DNA from: a bacterium
Lineage (GTDB): Bacteria > Patescibacteriota > Minisyncoccia > UBA6257 > GWB1-50-10
Assembly (NCBI GenBank): GCA_021791395.1
Contig: JAJYWR010000002.1
Span: forward strand, 17,043-81,042
Reading direction: 5' to 3'
Length of the DNA: 64,000 bases
The notes below the pieces were generated by a model. It saw nothing but the letters and a program-made list of their open reading frames with translations, was not told the DNA's origin and did no database searches. Position 1 is the first letter of the stretch; the number at the start of each line of letters is the position of its first letter. A program made the translations under genes and the position numbers. Below are positions 52,030-63,508 of this stretch, piece after piece.

Positions 52030-54135
52030 ATGCCGAGACAGTACCCATTAGAAAAAGTGAGGGATATCGGCATTATTGCCCATATCGACGCCGGAAAAAC
52101 GACGACGTCGGAGCGTGTTCTGTTTTATACGGGTGTTTCTCATAAGATCGGCGAAGTGCACGAGGGAGATACCGTCATGGACTGGATGGAACAGGAGCGG
52201 GAACGGGGTATTACCATCACCTCGGCCGCCACGACATGCTTTTGGATACCAACCTACGCCAAGGGCGATAAGGCGCATGAAAACCGGATCAACCTCATCG
52301 ACACGCCTGGCCACATCGACTTTACGGTAGAAGTAAAGCGATCGCTCCGCGTTTTGGACGGCGCCGTCGTCGTATTCGACGGGGTTGCCGGCGTTGAGCC
52401 GCAATCAGAAACGAACTGGCATTATGCGGACGAATACCAGGTGCCGAGAATTTGCTTTATCAATAAACTTGACCGGATGGGAGCGAGTTTTGATTTCAGT
52501 TTCAATTCAATTCTCGAACGGCTGACACCGAATGCCGTCGCCATGCAAATACCCATCGGTTCGGAATCGGCTTTCGAGGGCGTCGTTGATTTGTTAAATA
52601 TGAAAGCAATCCGCTTTGAAGGTGAGCACGGGGAAAAAATCATTGAAGGAGAAATTCCCGCCGATCTTGCGGAAGCGGCAAAAACAAAGCGGCACGACCT
52701 CATTGAAAAAATCGTCGAAAAGGACGATGCCTTGATGGCGGAATATCTGGAAGGGAAAGAGCCCTCGATCGACGCCCTGAAGAAAGTTCTTCGGAAAGAA
52801 ACAATCGCGAACCGCTTAGTGCCCGTTTTTTGCGGATCGGCGCTTCAAAACAAAGGCGTGCAATTAGTTCTCGATGCCGTCATCGATTATCTGCCGTCAC
52901 CCTTGGATATGCCCCCAATTAAAGGAATCAACCCCGAAACAGGCAACGAAGAAGAACGGCATCCGAAGGACGAGGAACCCTTTGCCGGCTTGGCGTTTAA
53001 AATAGCTGCTGATCCTTTCGTCGGATCACTCACCTATTTCCGAATTTACTCGGGTGTCGTCAAGCGAGGCAGCTACATTTTGAATTCGACCAAAAACAAC
53101 CAAGAACGCATCGGGAGAATGGTTCGCATGCACGCCAACCACCGAGAAGAGGTGGATGAGCTGTATGCGGGCGACTTAGGTGCCATCGTCGGCCTCAAAA
53201 ACACCACAACCGGGGACAGCCTGACGGATCCGGAACATCCGATCGTTCTCGAGAAAATCGTCTTCCCCGAGCCGGTCATTTCCGTAAGGATCGAACCGAA
53301 AACGAAGGCCGACCAGGAAAAAATGGGCATCGCCCTCCACCGCCTCTCCGAAGAAGACCCGACCTTCCGGGTTGCCGGGGACGAAGAAACCGGTGAGACC
53401 ATCATTTCGGGCATGGGAGAACTCCATCTCGAAATCATCGTCGACCGGATGAAGAGGGAATTCAACGTAGAAGCGAACGTTGGCCGTCCGCAAGTCGCCT
53501 ATAAGGAAACCATCAAAGGAAAAGCGGAAGCCGAGGGTAAATACATCAGGCAATCGGGAGGCCGTGGACAATACGGCCACGTGTGGATCAATGTGGAGCC
53601 TTTGGAACGCGGTACCGGATTCGAATTTGTCGACGCCATCAAGGGGGGTGTCATTCCACAGGAATTCATACCGGCCGTGGAAAAGGGAATTCGGGAAGCG
53701 ACACAGCGGGGAATCCTAGCTGGTTACCCGCTCATCGATCTCAAGGTAACGCTCTTCGACGGATCGTACCACGAAGTGGACTCTTCCGAATTCGCCTTCA
53801 AGATCGCCGGTTCCATGGCGCTCCAAGAGGCCTGCACCAAAGCAAAACTTATCCTCCTTGAGCCGATCATGAAAGTGCAGGTTATTGTCCCGCCCGATTT
53901 CTTGGGCGACGTAACGGGAGATTTGAGCTCTAAGCGCGGCAAGATCAAAGCGATGGGGGAGCGGGGCACGATTCGCGTTATCGACGCAAACGTTCCGCTT
54001 GCCGAAATGTTCGGTTATTCGACCGCACTCCGATCGATGACCCAAGGCCGCGGATCGTTTAATATGGAATTCTCCCACTACGAGGAAGTACCGCAAAATG
54101 TAGCCCAAACCATCATCGAGGGGAGGAAAAAGTAA
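52030..54135 (+). CDS. fusA: Elongation factor G
   Basis: [22 protein letters not shown] and 701 aa. Confidence 0.95.
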   Translation: MPRQYPLEKVRDIGIIAHIDAGKTTTSERVLFYTGVSHKIGEVHEGDTVMDWMEQERERGITITSAATTCFWIPTYAKGDKAHENRINLIDTPGHIDFTVEVKRSLRVLDGAVVVFDGVAGVEPQSETNWHYADEYQVPRICFINKLDRMGASFDFSFNSILERLTPNAVAMQIPIGSESAFEGVVDLLNMKAIRFEGEHGEKIIEGEIPADLAEAAKTKRHDLIEKIVEKDDALMAEYLEGKEPSIDALKKVLRKETIANRLVPVFCGSALQNKGVQLVLDAVIDYLPSPLDMPPIKGINPETGNEEERHPKDEEPFAGLAFKIAADPFVGSLTYFRIYSGVVKRGSYILNSTKNNQERIGRMVRMHANHREEVDELYAGDLGAIVGLKNTTTGDSLTDPEHPIVLEKIVFPEPVISVRIEPKTKADQEKMGIALHRLSEEDPTFRVAGDEETGETIISGMGELHLEIIVDRMKREFNVEANVGRPQVAYKETIKGKAEAEGKYIRQSGGRGQYGHVWINVEPLERGTGFEFVDAIKGGVIPQEFIPAVEKGIREATQRGILAGYPLIDLKVTLFDGSYHEVDSSEFAFKIAGSMALQEACTKAKLILLEPIMKVQVIVPPDFLGDVTGDLSSKRGKIKAMGERGTIRVIDANVPLAEMFGYSTALRSMTQGRGSFNMEFSHYEEVPQNVAQTIIEGRKK

Positions 54136-54236
54136 GGAAATGGTCAAAAAACCATTGACAAATCTTGATAAAAAGAGGAGTATGTTCTATACTATCAATA
54201 CTAAAAAGTCTTTAGGTCGAAACAAAAAATAAAAAC

Positions 54237-55436
<1,200 letters not shown>

Positions 55437-55467
55437 CTATAATCCATCGCAGCTCTTTCAAACGACA

Positions 55468-55800
55468 ATGCCCAAGAAAGATTCAGATCTCCAAAAAGAC
55501 AAATTAAGAATAAAGATCAAAGCGTACGATCCAAAATTGATCGACAACTCTGTCCGCCAGATCATCGAAACGATCAAGCGACAGGGCGGCGAAATCATAG
55601 GACCGATACCTTTGCCGACCGAGTTCAAGAAATATACCGTGAACCGTTCGACGTTCGTGCACAAAAAATCGAGAGAACAGTTTGAGCTTCGCATTCACAA
55701 ACGGCTTCTCGACATCATGAACCCCGAACAAAAGACGATAGAATCCTTGACCGATCTCAATTTACCTTCGGGCGTGGACGTTGAAATTAAGATGGAGTAG
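55468..55800 (+). CDS. rpsJ: Ribosomal protein S10
   Basis: KLRIKIKAYDPKLIDNSVRQIIETIKRQGGEIIGPIPLPT. Confidence 0.9.
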   Translation: MPKKDSDLQKDKLRIKIKAYDPKLIDNSVRQIIETIKRQGGEIIGPIPLPTEFKKYTVNRSTFVHKKSREQFELRIHKRLLDIMNPEQKTIESLTDLNLPSGVDVEIKME

Positions 55801-55820
55801 AAATCGAATAAAGAGCAACG

Positions 55821-55857
55821 AAATACAAACACCGCCATCCCGGCGGTGTTTGTATTT
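55821..55857 (+). terminator. Strong hairpin (16-bp perfect stem) after rpsJ
   Basis: AAATACAAACACCGCC-atccc-GGCGGTGTTTGTATTT. Confidence 0.6.
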
Positions 55858-56167
55858 CACGCCAATCACCTCGAGAAGCCCCCTTTTCTTTTCTGATCAA
55901 ACCATCTCAAAATCGCGGACACGGCGGAAAGGAAAAAGCGCCGCTCTTTCAGCGCCGAGCGTTCTCCGCTTACCGAAAAAAGAATGAGCCTGCTATCTTC
56001 CGCGAAGGATAGGGCTCAGGCGTTGCCCCAGAGACAGCCCGAGGGGAAGATAGTTGACGATTAGTTGACAAAAAAGGGGCTTTTGTCTACTATAAGAGCC
56101 AAGGAGACAAGTAGCCAAAAGAACGACCGTGGCGAAGTCCCGGCCATTTTTTTTGACCATAGCAACC

Positions 56168-56587
56168 ATGAAAGTCAGCGGCACAAAACTAAAGATGTCT
56201 CAAGTTTGGAAGGAGAATGAATGCATAGCCGTCACGCCGGTTAAAGTTTCCGAAAATTCAGACCTTTCAGAAATAAAAGAAGGGGAATTGGTAAAGGTGA
56301 GCGGCACGACGAAAGGGCGCGGTTTTCAAGGCGTCGTAAAGCGGCATGGTTTCCACGGCGGCCCCAAAAGCCACGGACAAAAAGACCGCTTGCGGGCGCC
56401 GGGATCAAACGGACCGACAGCCCCCCAGCGGACCATCAAGGGAAGGAGGATGGCCGGCCATATGGGCGTTGAAAGAGTGACTATTAAAAACCTGGAGGTT
56501 ATCGATATTCAAACCGAAGAAAAAATCGTTCTTATGAAGGGGGCAATCCCCGGACCGGTCGGTGGAAAAATCGAAATACAAAAATGA
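56168..56587 (+). CDS. rplC: Ribosomal protein L3 (short variant)
   Basis: GTTKGRGFQGVVKRHGF…KGRRMAGHMGVERVTIKNLEVIDI…LMKGAIPG aligns with the C-terminal half of bacterial L3. The N-terminal region is roughly 70 aa shorter than in E. coli. The ORF track begins at 56129. Confidence 0.8.
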   Translation: MKVSGTKLKMSQVWKENECIAVTPVKVSENSDLSEIKEGELVKVSGTTKGRGFQGVVKRHGFHGGPKSHGQKDRLRAPGSNGPTAPQRTIKGRRMAGHMGVERVTIKNLEVIDIQTEEKIVLMKGAIPGPVGGKIEIQK

Positions 56588-57213
56588 AACTGGACGTTTT
56601 CGACAAAACCAACAAAAAAACAGGAACCGTCGAGGTGCCGGAATCGCTTTTCTCCGTAAAATGGAACCCCGACCTCGTCCATCAAGCCTTTGTGGCATTC
56701 ACCTCGAACGGGAGGCGGCCGTGGGCGCATACCAAAGATCGATCCGAGGTTTCCGGCGGCGGTAAGAAGCCATGGAGTCAAAAGCATACCGGCCGTTCGC
56801 GGCACGGTTCGACCCGGTCGCCGCTCTGGATCGGCGGCGGCGTCACCTTCGGACCGCGAAACGAGAAAGATTATTCGAAGAAAATCAACGCAAAGATGAA
56901 AAAGCTTGCTTTGCTTTCAGTCCTCTCCAAGAAGATCAAAGATAACGACGTAAAGATAGTAGATGATCTGAATTTGGAAGCGCCGAAAACGAAGAAAGCA
57001 GCCGAAGTCATAAAAAATCTGTCGGAGAAACGCGACCGAGTCCTTTTGGTCGTCGAACCGAAAAATAAAACGGCGCTTTTGGCCTTCCGTAATCTTCCGG
57101 CCGTCGAACTTTCGACGCCGCAATCCTTGAATATTTACGAATCCCTCCTTTCCCGGAAGATCTTTTTCGAGAAAGATGCCCTATCGACCTTTGCCAAAAA
57201 ATACGAAAAATAG
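56584..57213 (+). CDS. rplD: Ribosomal protein L4
   Basis: GGGKKPWSQKHTGRSRHGSTRSPLWIGGGVTFGP. Confidence 0.9.
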   Translation: MKLDVFDKTNKKTGTVEVPESLFSVKWNPDLVHQAFVAFTSNGRRPWAHTKDRSEVSGGGKKPWSQKHTGRSRHGSTRSPLWIGGGVTFGPRNEKDYSKKINAKMKKLALLSVLSKKIKDNDVKIVDDLNLEAPKTKKAAEVIKNLSEKRDRVLLVVEPKNKTALLAFRNLPAVELSTPQSLNIYESLLSRKIFFEKDALSTFAKKYEK

Positions 57214-57215
57214 CC

Positions 57216-57602
57216 ATGGCCATTTTCAAAAAACAACCAAAAACCGTAAAGGAGGAATCTGTAGTCAAAGCAGAACAACCCAAGGCGGAACAACAAAAGA
57301 AAACCGAACTGAAAAAAGCGGCGAAGCGTGCGGCGCGGAACGTCTTGGTAAAACCGTGGATCACCGAGCGAGCGACCGACCTTTCGGCACTCAATAAATA
57401 CGTTTTTCTTGTCGACGAGTCCGCAACAAAGCCGCTCGTTAAAGAAAACATCGCCGAGCGCTATAACATAAAACCCGTGGCTGTCGATATCGTGAACATT
57501 AAGGGAAAACTAAAATATTTCAAAAACCAGCCCCGTCGGCGGCAGTCGATCAAAAAAGCGATCATAACCCTCAAGAAGGGGGATAAGATCGAAATACAAT
57601 AA
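57216..57602 (+). CDS. rplW: Ribosomal protein L23 with a Lys-rich N-terminal extension
   Basis: VLVKPWITERATDL…KYVFLVD…IKPVAVDIVNIKGK. Confidence 0.85.
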   Translation: MAIFKKQPKTVKEESVVKAEQPKAEQQKKTELKKAAKRAARNVLVKPWITERATDLSALNKYVFLVDESATKPLVKENIAERYNIKPVAVDIVNIKGKLKYFKNQPRRRQSIKKAIITLKKGDKIEIQ

Positions 57603-57604
57603 TC

Positions 57605-58429
57605 ATGATCAAGAAACTGAATCCTCGAACTCCATCAACGAGATCGATGACGGTAGCCGACTACCGGGTCCTTTCCACCATGAAGCCGCGAAAGCAACTC
57701 ACTGAGCGCCTCAAGAAAAATGCCGGAAGGAACAATCAAGGGAAAATTTCAATGCGGCACCAGGGAGGTGGAAACAAGATCGTCTACCGGCAGATCGACT
57801 TCAAGCAATTGAAGATCGGAATACCGGGAAAAATAGAAACCATCGAATATGATCCGTATCGAACCGCTTTCATCGCCCTCGTTCTCTATGCGGACGGGGA
57901 ACGAAGATATATCTTGGCGCCGCATACCATGAAGGTCGGCGACCGCGTCCTTACGGATCCCAACGCACCCCTCGAGAACGGCATGAGAACCGTTTTGAAG
58001 CGAATCCCCGTCGGATCATTCGTTCACAACGTGGAATTGCAGCCAGGGACAGGGGGACAACTCATCCGCTCTGCGGGGACTTCAGCGCAGATTCTTGCGC
58101 ACGAAGATGGCTACACGCATCTCAAAATGCCGTCCGGCGAAATAAGAAAAATACTGTGGGATTGCTACGCTTCCATTGGACAAATATCCAATCCAGAATA
58201 TAATTTGGTAACACTCGGCAAGGCGGGACGATCGCGGTGGCTGAACATTCGGCCGACCGTCCGCGGTTCCGTCATGAACCCGCGAGATCACCCCTACGGC
58301 GGCGGCGAGGGCCGACAACCGCGGGGAACCAGAAAACCCAAAACGAAATGGGGGAAAATCACCGGCGGTCACAAGACCCGGAGGAAAAACCGGTATTCGA
58401 ACAAACTTATCGTAAAACGAAGGAAATAA
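57605..58429 (+). CDS. rplB: Ribosomal protein L2
   Basis: 274 aa with the GGGNKI…[17 protein letters not shown] motifs. Confidence 0.95.
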   Translation: MIKKLNPRTPSTRSMTVADYRVLSTMKPRKQLTERLKKNAGRNNQGKISMRHQGGGNKIVYRQIDFKQLKIGIPGKIETIEYDPYRTAFIALVLYADGERRYILAPHTMKVGDRVLTDPNAPLENGMRTVLKRIPVGSFVHNVELQPGTGGQLIRSAGTSAQILAHEDGYTHLKMPSGEIRKILWDCYASIGQISNPEYNLVTLGKAGRSRWLNIRPTVRGSVMNPRDHPYGGGEGRQPRGTRKPKTKWGKITGGHKTRRKNRYSNKLIVKRRK

Positions 58430-58433
58430 AACC

Positions 58434-58751
58434 ATGTCACGATCAAGCAAAAAAGGTCCCTTTGTGGATCCCAAACTCCTGAAGAAAATCTCAAGGTTGA
58501 AAGCGAGCGATGCGCCGGCTATCAAAACGTGGTCGCGCGATTCCGAAATTTCTCCCGAGATGGTCGGATTCCTTTTTCTTGTTCATAACGGAAAGACCTT
58601 CATTGAAGTTCGTATCAATGAAGATATGGTCGGACATCATCTCGGTGAATTCGCGCCGACAAGGAAATTCATCAAGCACGGCGGAAAGATGCAAAAAGAA
58701 CTCGAAAAAGGAGCGACACCGACACCGGCACCCGCGGCGGGCAGTAAATAA
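58434..58751 (+). CDS. rpsS: Ribosomal protein S19
   Basis: [18 protein letters not shown]…[29 protein letters not shown]. Confidence 0.9.
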   Translation: MSRSSKKGPFVDPKLLKKISRLKASDAPAIKTWSRDSEISPEMVGFLFLVHNGKTFIEVRINEDMVGHHLGEFAPTRKFIKHGGKMQKELEKGATPTPAPAAGSK

Positions 58752-58759
58752 TAAATTCC

Positions 58760-59302
58760 ATGGCGAACGAAGTAACTGAAATAAAAGCAACGCTTAAATA
58801 TCTCCGCATGCCCCATCGGAAGGTGCGTTTTGTCGCGGATCTTCTGAAAAACCTTCCCGTGGACGTTGCCGAGGCGAAACTCACCGTGAATCCAAGGCGC
58901 TCCAAGGAACCTTTATTGAAGCTCCTGCGATCGGCCATTTCGAACGCTACGACCAACCATCACCTCGACGCGAAAAAACTGTTCATCAAAACGATAACGG
59001 TGGACAACGGTCCGATGTTTAAACGATGGATCACCCGATCGCGGGGAGGCATCGATCCGATCCAAAAAAAGACGAGCCATGTGACGATGATCCTGGGAGT
59101 TTCTGATCATCCGATCGGCGGCACCTTCACATTCGCGCGAACCAAGAAATCAAAAAAGGAAATGAAACCAGAGAAAGGGGAAAAGCAAGCTAAGCAGCCG
59201 AAGCAAGAGCCGGTCATAAGAGAAATGAAAGAGATCGACACGCCGAAACCCGCGGCTGAAACTGGAACATTAAAGAAAGTTTTTAGAAGGAAAGCAATCT
59301 AG
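58760..59302 (+). CDS. rplV: Ribosomal protein L22 with a C-terminal extension
   Basis: LKYLRMPHRKVRFVADLLKNLPVDVAEAKL…, with a roughly 60-aa K/E-rich tail. Confidence 0.85.
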   Translation: MANEVTEIKATLKYLRMPHRKVRFVADLLKNLPVDVAEAKLTVNPRRSKEPLLKLLRSAISNATTNHHLDAKKLFIKTITVDNGPMFKRWITRSRGGIDPIQKKTSHVTMILGVSDHPIGGTFTFARTKKSKKEMKPEKGEKQAKQPKQEPVIREMKEIDTPKPAAETGTLKKVFRRKAI

Positions 59303-59318
59303 AAAAATATTCAAAGAC

Positions 59319-59990
59319 ATGGCTCAAAAAATAAAACCAAATGCATACCGGCTCGGAGTGACCATCCCATGGTCATCGCGGTGGTTCTTGAAAAAATCGA
59401 ACAAATTTTTCGTGGAGGAGGATCACATGATCAGAGAGATTATTAATGCCTCGATTCTGTCCGCCGGCATCGCGGCAATCGACATTGAACGCGCAGGCGA
59501 AAACGTCCGCGTGAACATCAAATCCGCCAAGCCGGGACTCATCATCGGCAGAGGAGGAAAGGGCATCGAAGAGCTGAAAAATAAGATTCTAAGGGCGCTG
59601 AAGAAGCTGAGAAAAAAGAACAACGTCAATCAAAATTTTTCACTGAACATCAATATCGAAGAGCTGAAACGATTCGAAATTTCCGCAGCTGTCATCGCCC
59701 AGCAATTGGCGACAGATCTTCAGAAGAGACTTCCCTACCGACGCGTCATGAAGCGGGGATTGGAATCTATCATGCAAAATCGAGACGTGAAGGGAGCGAA
59801 AATCAAGATGGGCGGTCGCCTCGACGGTGCGGAAATATCGAGAAGCGACTTCCTCTTGAAGGGTAAAATGCCCCTTTCGAGTCTCCGATCGAACATCGAT
59901 TACGGCGAAGCGACATCACACAATTCATACGGTACCGTCGGAATCAAGGTATGGATTTACAAAGGCGAGATTTTTGAAGAAACCAAGTAA
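59319..59990 (+). CDS. rpsC: Ribosomal protein S3
   Basis: MAQKIKPNAYRLGVTIPWSSRWF plus a KH domain. Confidence 0.9.
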   Translation: MAQKIKPNAYRLGVTIPWSSRWFLKKSNKFFVEEDHMIREIINASILSAGIAAIDIERAGENVRVNIKSAKPGLIIGRGGKGIEELKNKILRALKKLRKKNNVNQNFSLNINIEELKRFEISAAVIAQQLATDLQKRLPYRRVMKRGLESIMQNRDVKGAKIKMGGRLDGAEISRSDFLLKGKMPLSSLRSNIDYGEATSHNSYGTVGIKVWIYKGEIFEETK

Positions 59991-59999
59991 GAGACCACC

Positions 60000-60416
60000 A
60001 TGTTTCTGCAGCCCAAAAAACAAAAGCATCGAAAACAGCAAAAGGGAAGATCCAAGAAGCGAATGAAAGAAACAAGGGGACTTTCCTTGAGTTTCGGCAC
60101 CGTCGGCCTTCAAGCGACCGAAGCAGCTTGGATAACGGGACAACAAATCGAAGCGGCGAGAAAGTCAATTGCGCACGCCTTGAAAAAAGGCGGCAAGAGC
60201 TGGATCCGCATTTTTCCCGACAAGCCGATCACGAAACTTCCCCCGGAAGTGACGCTCGGAGGCGGCAAGGGGAACATTGATCATTATGTCGCTCCGGTAC
60301 GTCCCGGCAGAGTTCTCTTCGAAATAGACGGCATACCAAAAGCAGCCGCTCACGAAGCGCTCCGCATCGCAGGACACAAACTCCCGGTTAAAACGAAAGT
60401 CATCGAAAAGAACTAA
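60000..60416 (+). CDS. rplP: Ribosomal protein L16
   Basis: [17 protein letters not shown]…EAARKSIAH…[12 protein letters not shown]. Confidence 0.9.
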   Translation: MFLQPKKQKHRKQQKGRSKKRMKETRGLSLSFGTVGLQATEAAWITGQQIEAARKSIAHALKKGGKSWIRIFPDKPITKLPPEVTLGGGKGNIDHYVAPVRPGRVLFEIDGIPKAAAHEALRIAGHKLPVKTKVIEKN

Positions 60417-60417
60417 T

Positions 60418-60618
60418 ATGGCGAAGAAAGAAACAAAAAATTTAAATAATGTTCCGATGGCCGAATTGGAAAAAGAGCTCGCGGAGGAGCGTCAAAAACT
60501 CGTGGATTTGAAATTTAATCTGGCGGCTGGTAAAGTGAAGAACATCAAAGAAGTCAAAAAGACCAAGGTGAGGATAGCGCAAATCCTCACGGCTAAGAAC
60601 GCGCGCAAAGAGAATTAA
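60418..60618 (+). CDS. rpmC: Ribosomal protein L29
   Basis: 66-aa helical protein, LEKELAEERQKLVDLKFNLAAGKVKN. Confidence 0.8.
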   Translation: MAKKETKNLNNVPMAELEKELAEERQKLVDLKFNLAAGKVKNIKEVKKTKVRIAQILTAKNARKEN

Positions 60619-60622
60619 TACC

Positions 60623-60850
60623 ATGAGAAAACTACAAGGCATCGTCGTTTCCGACAAAATGCAAAAAACGAGAATCATTGAGGTTGAACGCCTGAAAAAG
60701 CACCCCCGCTATCAGAAGTATTATAAAGTAACGCAACGATTCAAAGCGCACGACGAGCGGAATGAATATAAAACGGGAGAAAAGGTGATTATTCGGGACT
60801 CGAGACCACTCAGCAAAGATAAACGCTGGGTCATCAGCGGGCGCGCATAA
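60623..60850 (+). CDS. rpsQ: Ribosomal protein S17
   Basis: KLQGIVVSDKMQKTRIIEVERLKKHPRYQKYYK…KAHDE. Confidence 0.85.
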   Translation: MRKLQGIVVSDKMQKTRIIEVERLKKHPRYQKYYKVTQRFKAHDERNEYKTGEKVIIRDSRPLSKDKRWVISGRA

Positions 60851-60854
60851 AACC

Positions 60855-61226
60855 ATGATACAGGAACGTTCCATATTAAAAGTAGCGGACAATTCAGGCG
60901 CGAAAATCGTGCGATGTTTTCGAATTTTAGGCGGCAGCAAACGAAGGTATGCGCGTATCGGCGATATCGTCGTGGCATCCGTCCAAACCGCGGAACCCCG
61001 GAAACAAATCAAGAAGAAGGACATTGTGAATGTCTTGGTCGTCCGACAGCGCGAGCCGCTACGGCGGAAAGATGGCTCGTATGTTCGGTTCGGGGACAAT
61101 GCCGTCGTCATCATCGACAAGGATAAAAAAGAACCGAAGGCGACCAGAGTCTTCGGTCCGCTTCCGCGGGAAATAAAGGAACAAGGGTATGACACCATCG
61201 CGTCGCTTGCCGAAGAATTGGTGTAA
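60855..61226 (+). CDS. rplN: Ribosomal protein L14
   Basis: MIQERSILKVADNSGAKIVRCFRILGGSKRRYARIGDIVVASV. Confidence 0.95.
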   Translation: MIQERSILKVADNSGAKIVRCFRILGGSKRRYARIGDIVVASVQTAEPRKQIKKKDIVNVLVVRQREPLRRKDGSYVRFGDNAVVIIDKDKKEPKATRVFGPLPREIKEQGYDTIASLAEELV

Positions 61227-61233
61227 TACGAAC

Positions 61234-61539
61234 ATGAAAATCAAGAAAGGGGACACGGTAAAAATAACGACGGGAAAAGATGCCGGAAAAAGCGGCAAAG
61301 TCATTAACATTGACTCGCGAACCGGAAAAATCGTCATCGAAGGATTGAACGTATTCAAAAAACACGCGCGTCCCAAAACGCAAAACGAAAAAGGGCAAAT
61401 CGTCGACGTCCCGCGGCCGATGCAAGCCTCGAATGTTTTACTGGTATGCCCTTCATGCCATAAGCCGACGCGGATCGGTATAAAGATCGACGGAACAAAA
61501 AAAGAAAGAGTGTGCAAAAAATGCAAAGCGACCATATAA
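61234..61539 (+). CDS. rplX: Ribosomal protein L24 with a C-terminal CxxC…CxxC extension
   Basis: MKIKKGDTVKITTGKDAGKSGKVINIDSRTGKIVIEGLN is the KOW region. The tail CPSCHKPTRIGIKIDGTKKERVCKKC looks like a zinc ribbon. Confidence 0.85.
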   Translation: MKIKKGDTVKITTGKDAGKSGKVINIDSRTGKIVIEGLNVFKKHARPKTQNEKGQIVDVPRPMQASNVLLVCPSCHKPTRIGIKIDGTKKERVCKKCKATI

Positions 61540-61544
61540 CGACC

Positions 61545-62027
61545 ATGGAAGATCTCATGAAAAAAATTGAAAAAGTGGTGGTTAATTCCGGCATCGGGAG
61601 ACGCAGCCAGGAAGATCATTTTGAAGATAAGAGCTTGCCGGAAATCGAGAAGGATCTTGCGGCAATCACGGGTCAAAAAGCTTCCCGGAGGCAGGCGAAA
61701 CAATCCATCGCAGGATTCAAGGTGCGCGCGGGGCAGATCATCGGCCTTAAGGTAACACTTCGGGGAACGCGCATGAAGAATTTTTTGGAAAAGACCATTA
61801 ATCTCGCTCTACCCCGTGTCAAAGATTTTCGTGGACTGAATCTTTCGAATATCGATGCAAACGGGAATTTAAATATCGGATTCAAAGATCAAACCGTTTT
61901 TCCGGAAATAGAATTGGAAAAAACAAGAACAACATTTGGCATTCAAGTCACGATCGTCCCCAAAAACAAAAACCGCGACACTGCAATTGATTTATACCGC
62001 AGCCTTGGGGTACCATTGAAGAAATAA
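61545..62027 (+). CDS. rplE: Ribosomal protein L5
   Basis: VVNSGIG…[44 protein letters not shown]…FRGLN. Confidence 0.9.
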   Translation: MEDLMKKIEKVVVNSGIGRRSQEDHFEDKSLPEIEKDLAAITGQKASRRQAKQSIAGFKVRAGQIIGLKVTLRGTRMKNFLEKTINLALPRVKDFRGLNLSNIDANGNLNIGFKDQTVFPEIELEKTRTTFGIQVTIVPKNKNRDTAIDLYRSLGVPLKK

Positions 62028-62031
62028 ATTC

Positions 62032-62217
62032 ATGTCAAAGACATCCACCTACGTACGATCAAAAAGAACACCAAAATTCACGACCAGGAAAGTGAATCGT
62101 TGCTTCCGTTGCGGAAGAGCGCACGGTTATCTTCGGGATTTCAATCTTTGCAGGATTTGTTTCAGAGAACTCGCGAGCCGGGGCGAAATTCCGGGAATTA
62201 AAAAGGCAAGTTGGTAA
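62032..62217 (+). CDS. rpsZ: Ribosomal protein S14 (type Z, zinc-binding)
   Basis: 61 aa with [25 protein letters not shown]. Confidence 0.85.
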   Translation: MSKTSTYVRSKRTPKFTTRKVNRCFRCGRAHGYLRDFNLCRICFRELASRGEIPGIKKASW

Positions 62218-62218
62218 T

Positions 62219-62590
62219 ATGTACATCGATCTCATTATAAAAATCAAAAACGCTCAAAAGGCGAAAAAGGAAACTGTCAAAAGCAACTATTCAAAATTGG
62301 ACAAGGCGGTTGTTGATATCCTCGAAATGAAAGGTTTCGTGAAAAATTCCGAAGTCAAGGGAAAGGGATACAAGAAATATATCGAAATGAATGTCATGGG
62401 AAGAAAAATGATCCAGGGCATACGAACCCTCAGCAAACCTTCGGTTAAGAAATACCTCGGCTACCGCGACATTCGGAGCGTTAAAAGCGGCTTTGGAACA
62501 CTTGTGCTTTCGACCCCGAAAGGGATCCTCTCGGGAAGCGACGCGAAAAAACTCGGTGTCGGAGGTCAACTTTTGTTCGAAATTTGGTAA
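62219..62590 (+). CDS. rpsH: Ribosomal protein S8
   Basis: DLIIKIKNAQKAKKETVK…GGQLLFEIW. Confidence 0.9.
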   Translation: MYIDLIIKIKNAQKAKKETVKSNYSKLDKAVVDILEMKGFVKNSEVKGKGYKKYIEMNVMGRKMIQGIRTLSKPSVKKYLGYRDIRSVKSGFGTLVLSTPKGILSGSDAKKLGVGGQLLFEIW

Positions 62591-62597
62591 TACCACC

Positions 62598-63149
62598 ATG
62601 TCAAAGATAGGCAAACAACCAATAGCAATACCTGAAGGCGTCACCGTGACGGTTGCCGATAACCACGTTTCCATAAAGGGCCCGAAGGGGGAACTTACGG
62701 TACCGATCCTTACCGGCATTACGGTTTCGGTAGAAGACAAGGTCCTCACGACGCAAGCGGAGTCGCGCGTAAAGCAAGTGAAGAGCAATTGGGGAACCGA
62801 ACGAGCGCTCTTGCAAAACGCCGTAACCGGCGTTTTGAAAGGTTTTGAAAAGACTCTTATTCTGGAAGGCGTCGGCTACCGCGTCATGAAAGAAGGGGAG
62901 AACTTGAACTTGAGCTTGGGATTTTCCCACCCGGTGAAATTCCCAGCCCCAAAAGGAATTTCCTTTGAAGTCGAAAAAAACTCGATTCTAAAGATAAGGG
63001 GGGTCGACAAGAATTTGGTTGGTAAAACAGCCGCTGACATACGACAAATGAAGAAGCCGGAACCGTACAAGGGCAAGGGATTTCACTATGAAGGAGAAGT
63101 GGTGCGGAGAAAAGCCGGTAAGAAAGCGGCAACCACATCAGCTGCATAA
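62598..63149 (+). CDS. rplF: Ribosomal protein L6
   Basis: MSKIGKQPIAIPEGVTVTVADNHVSIKGPKGELTV…GVGYRV. The ORF-track start at 62493 is an upstream artefact overlapping rpsH. Confidence 0.9.
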   Translation: MSKIGKQPIAIPEGVTVTVADNHVSIKGPKGELTVPILTGITVSVEDKVLTTQAESRVKQVKSNWGTERALLQNAVTGVLKGFEKTLILEGVGYRVMKEGENLNLSLGFSHPVKFPAPKGISFEVEKNSILKIRGVDKNLVGKTAADIRQMKKPEPYKGKGFHYEGEVVRRKAGKKAATTSAA

Positions 63150-63152
63150 ACC

Positions 63153-63503
63153 ATGAAACAATCGTTAATCAACAAGAGAAATAATAGAAGAGCGATACGG
63201 ACCCGAACAAAGATCAAGAGCGTCGGGAACGGTATACGGCTTTCCGTCTTCAGAAGCAACGCCAATGTCTATGCCCAAATCATCGACGATGCGACGGGAA
63301 AAACGCTCGCGTCAGCTTCTTCACTCGAAACCAAGACAAAGGGGAAGAAAACGGATGCTTCAAAAAATGTCGGAAAAACGATCGCGGAAAAAGCATTGAA
63401 GGCGGGAATAAAGAAGGTGGTTTTTGATAAAGGGAAATACAAGTACCACGGCCGGATCAAGGCGGTCGCCGAGGGCGCCCGGGAAGCGGGTCTTTCGTTA
63501 TAA
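63153..63503 (+). CDS. rplR: Ribosomal protein L18
   Basis: [31 protein letters not shown]…[24 protein letters not shown]. Confidence 0.9.
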   Translation: MKQSLINKRNNRRAIRTRTKIKSVGNGIRLSVFRSNANVYAQIIDDATGKTLASASSLETKTKGKKTDASKNVGKTIAEKALKAGIKKVVFDKGKYKYHGRIKAVAEGAREAGLSL

Positions 63504-63508
63504 ATTCA

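Noticed and set aside
55993-56184. 63-aa minus-strand ORF in the rpsJ–rplC spacer.
   Set aside because: It has no start context or motifs, and it overlaps the promoter-like region and the rplC start.
62493-62597. Upstream extension of rplF overlapping rpsH.
   Set aside because: It is out of frame with S8. L6 has a clean start at MSKIGKQPIAIPEG at 62598, right after the S8 stop.
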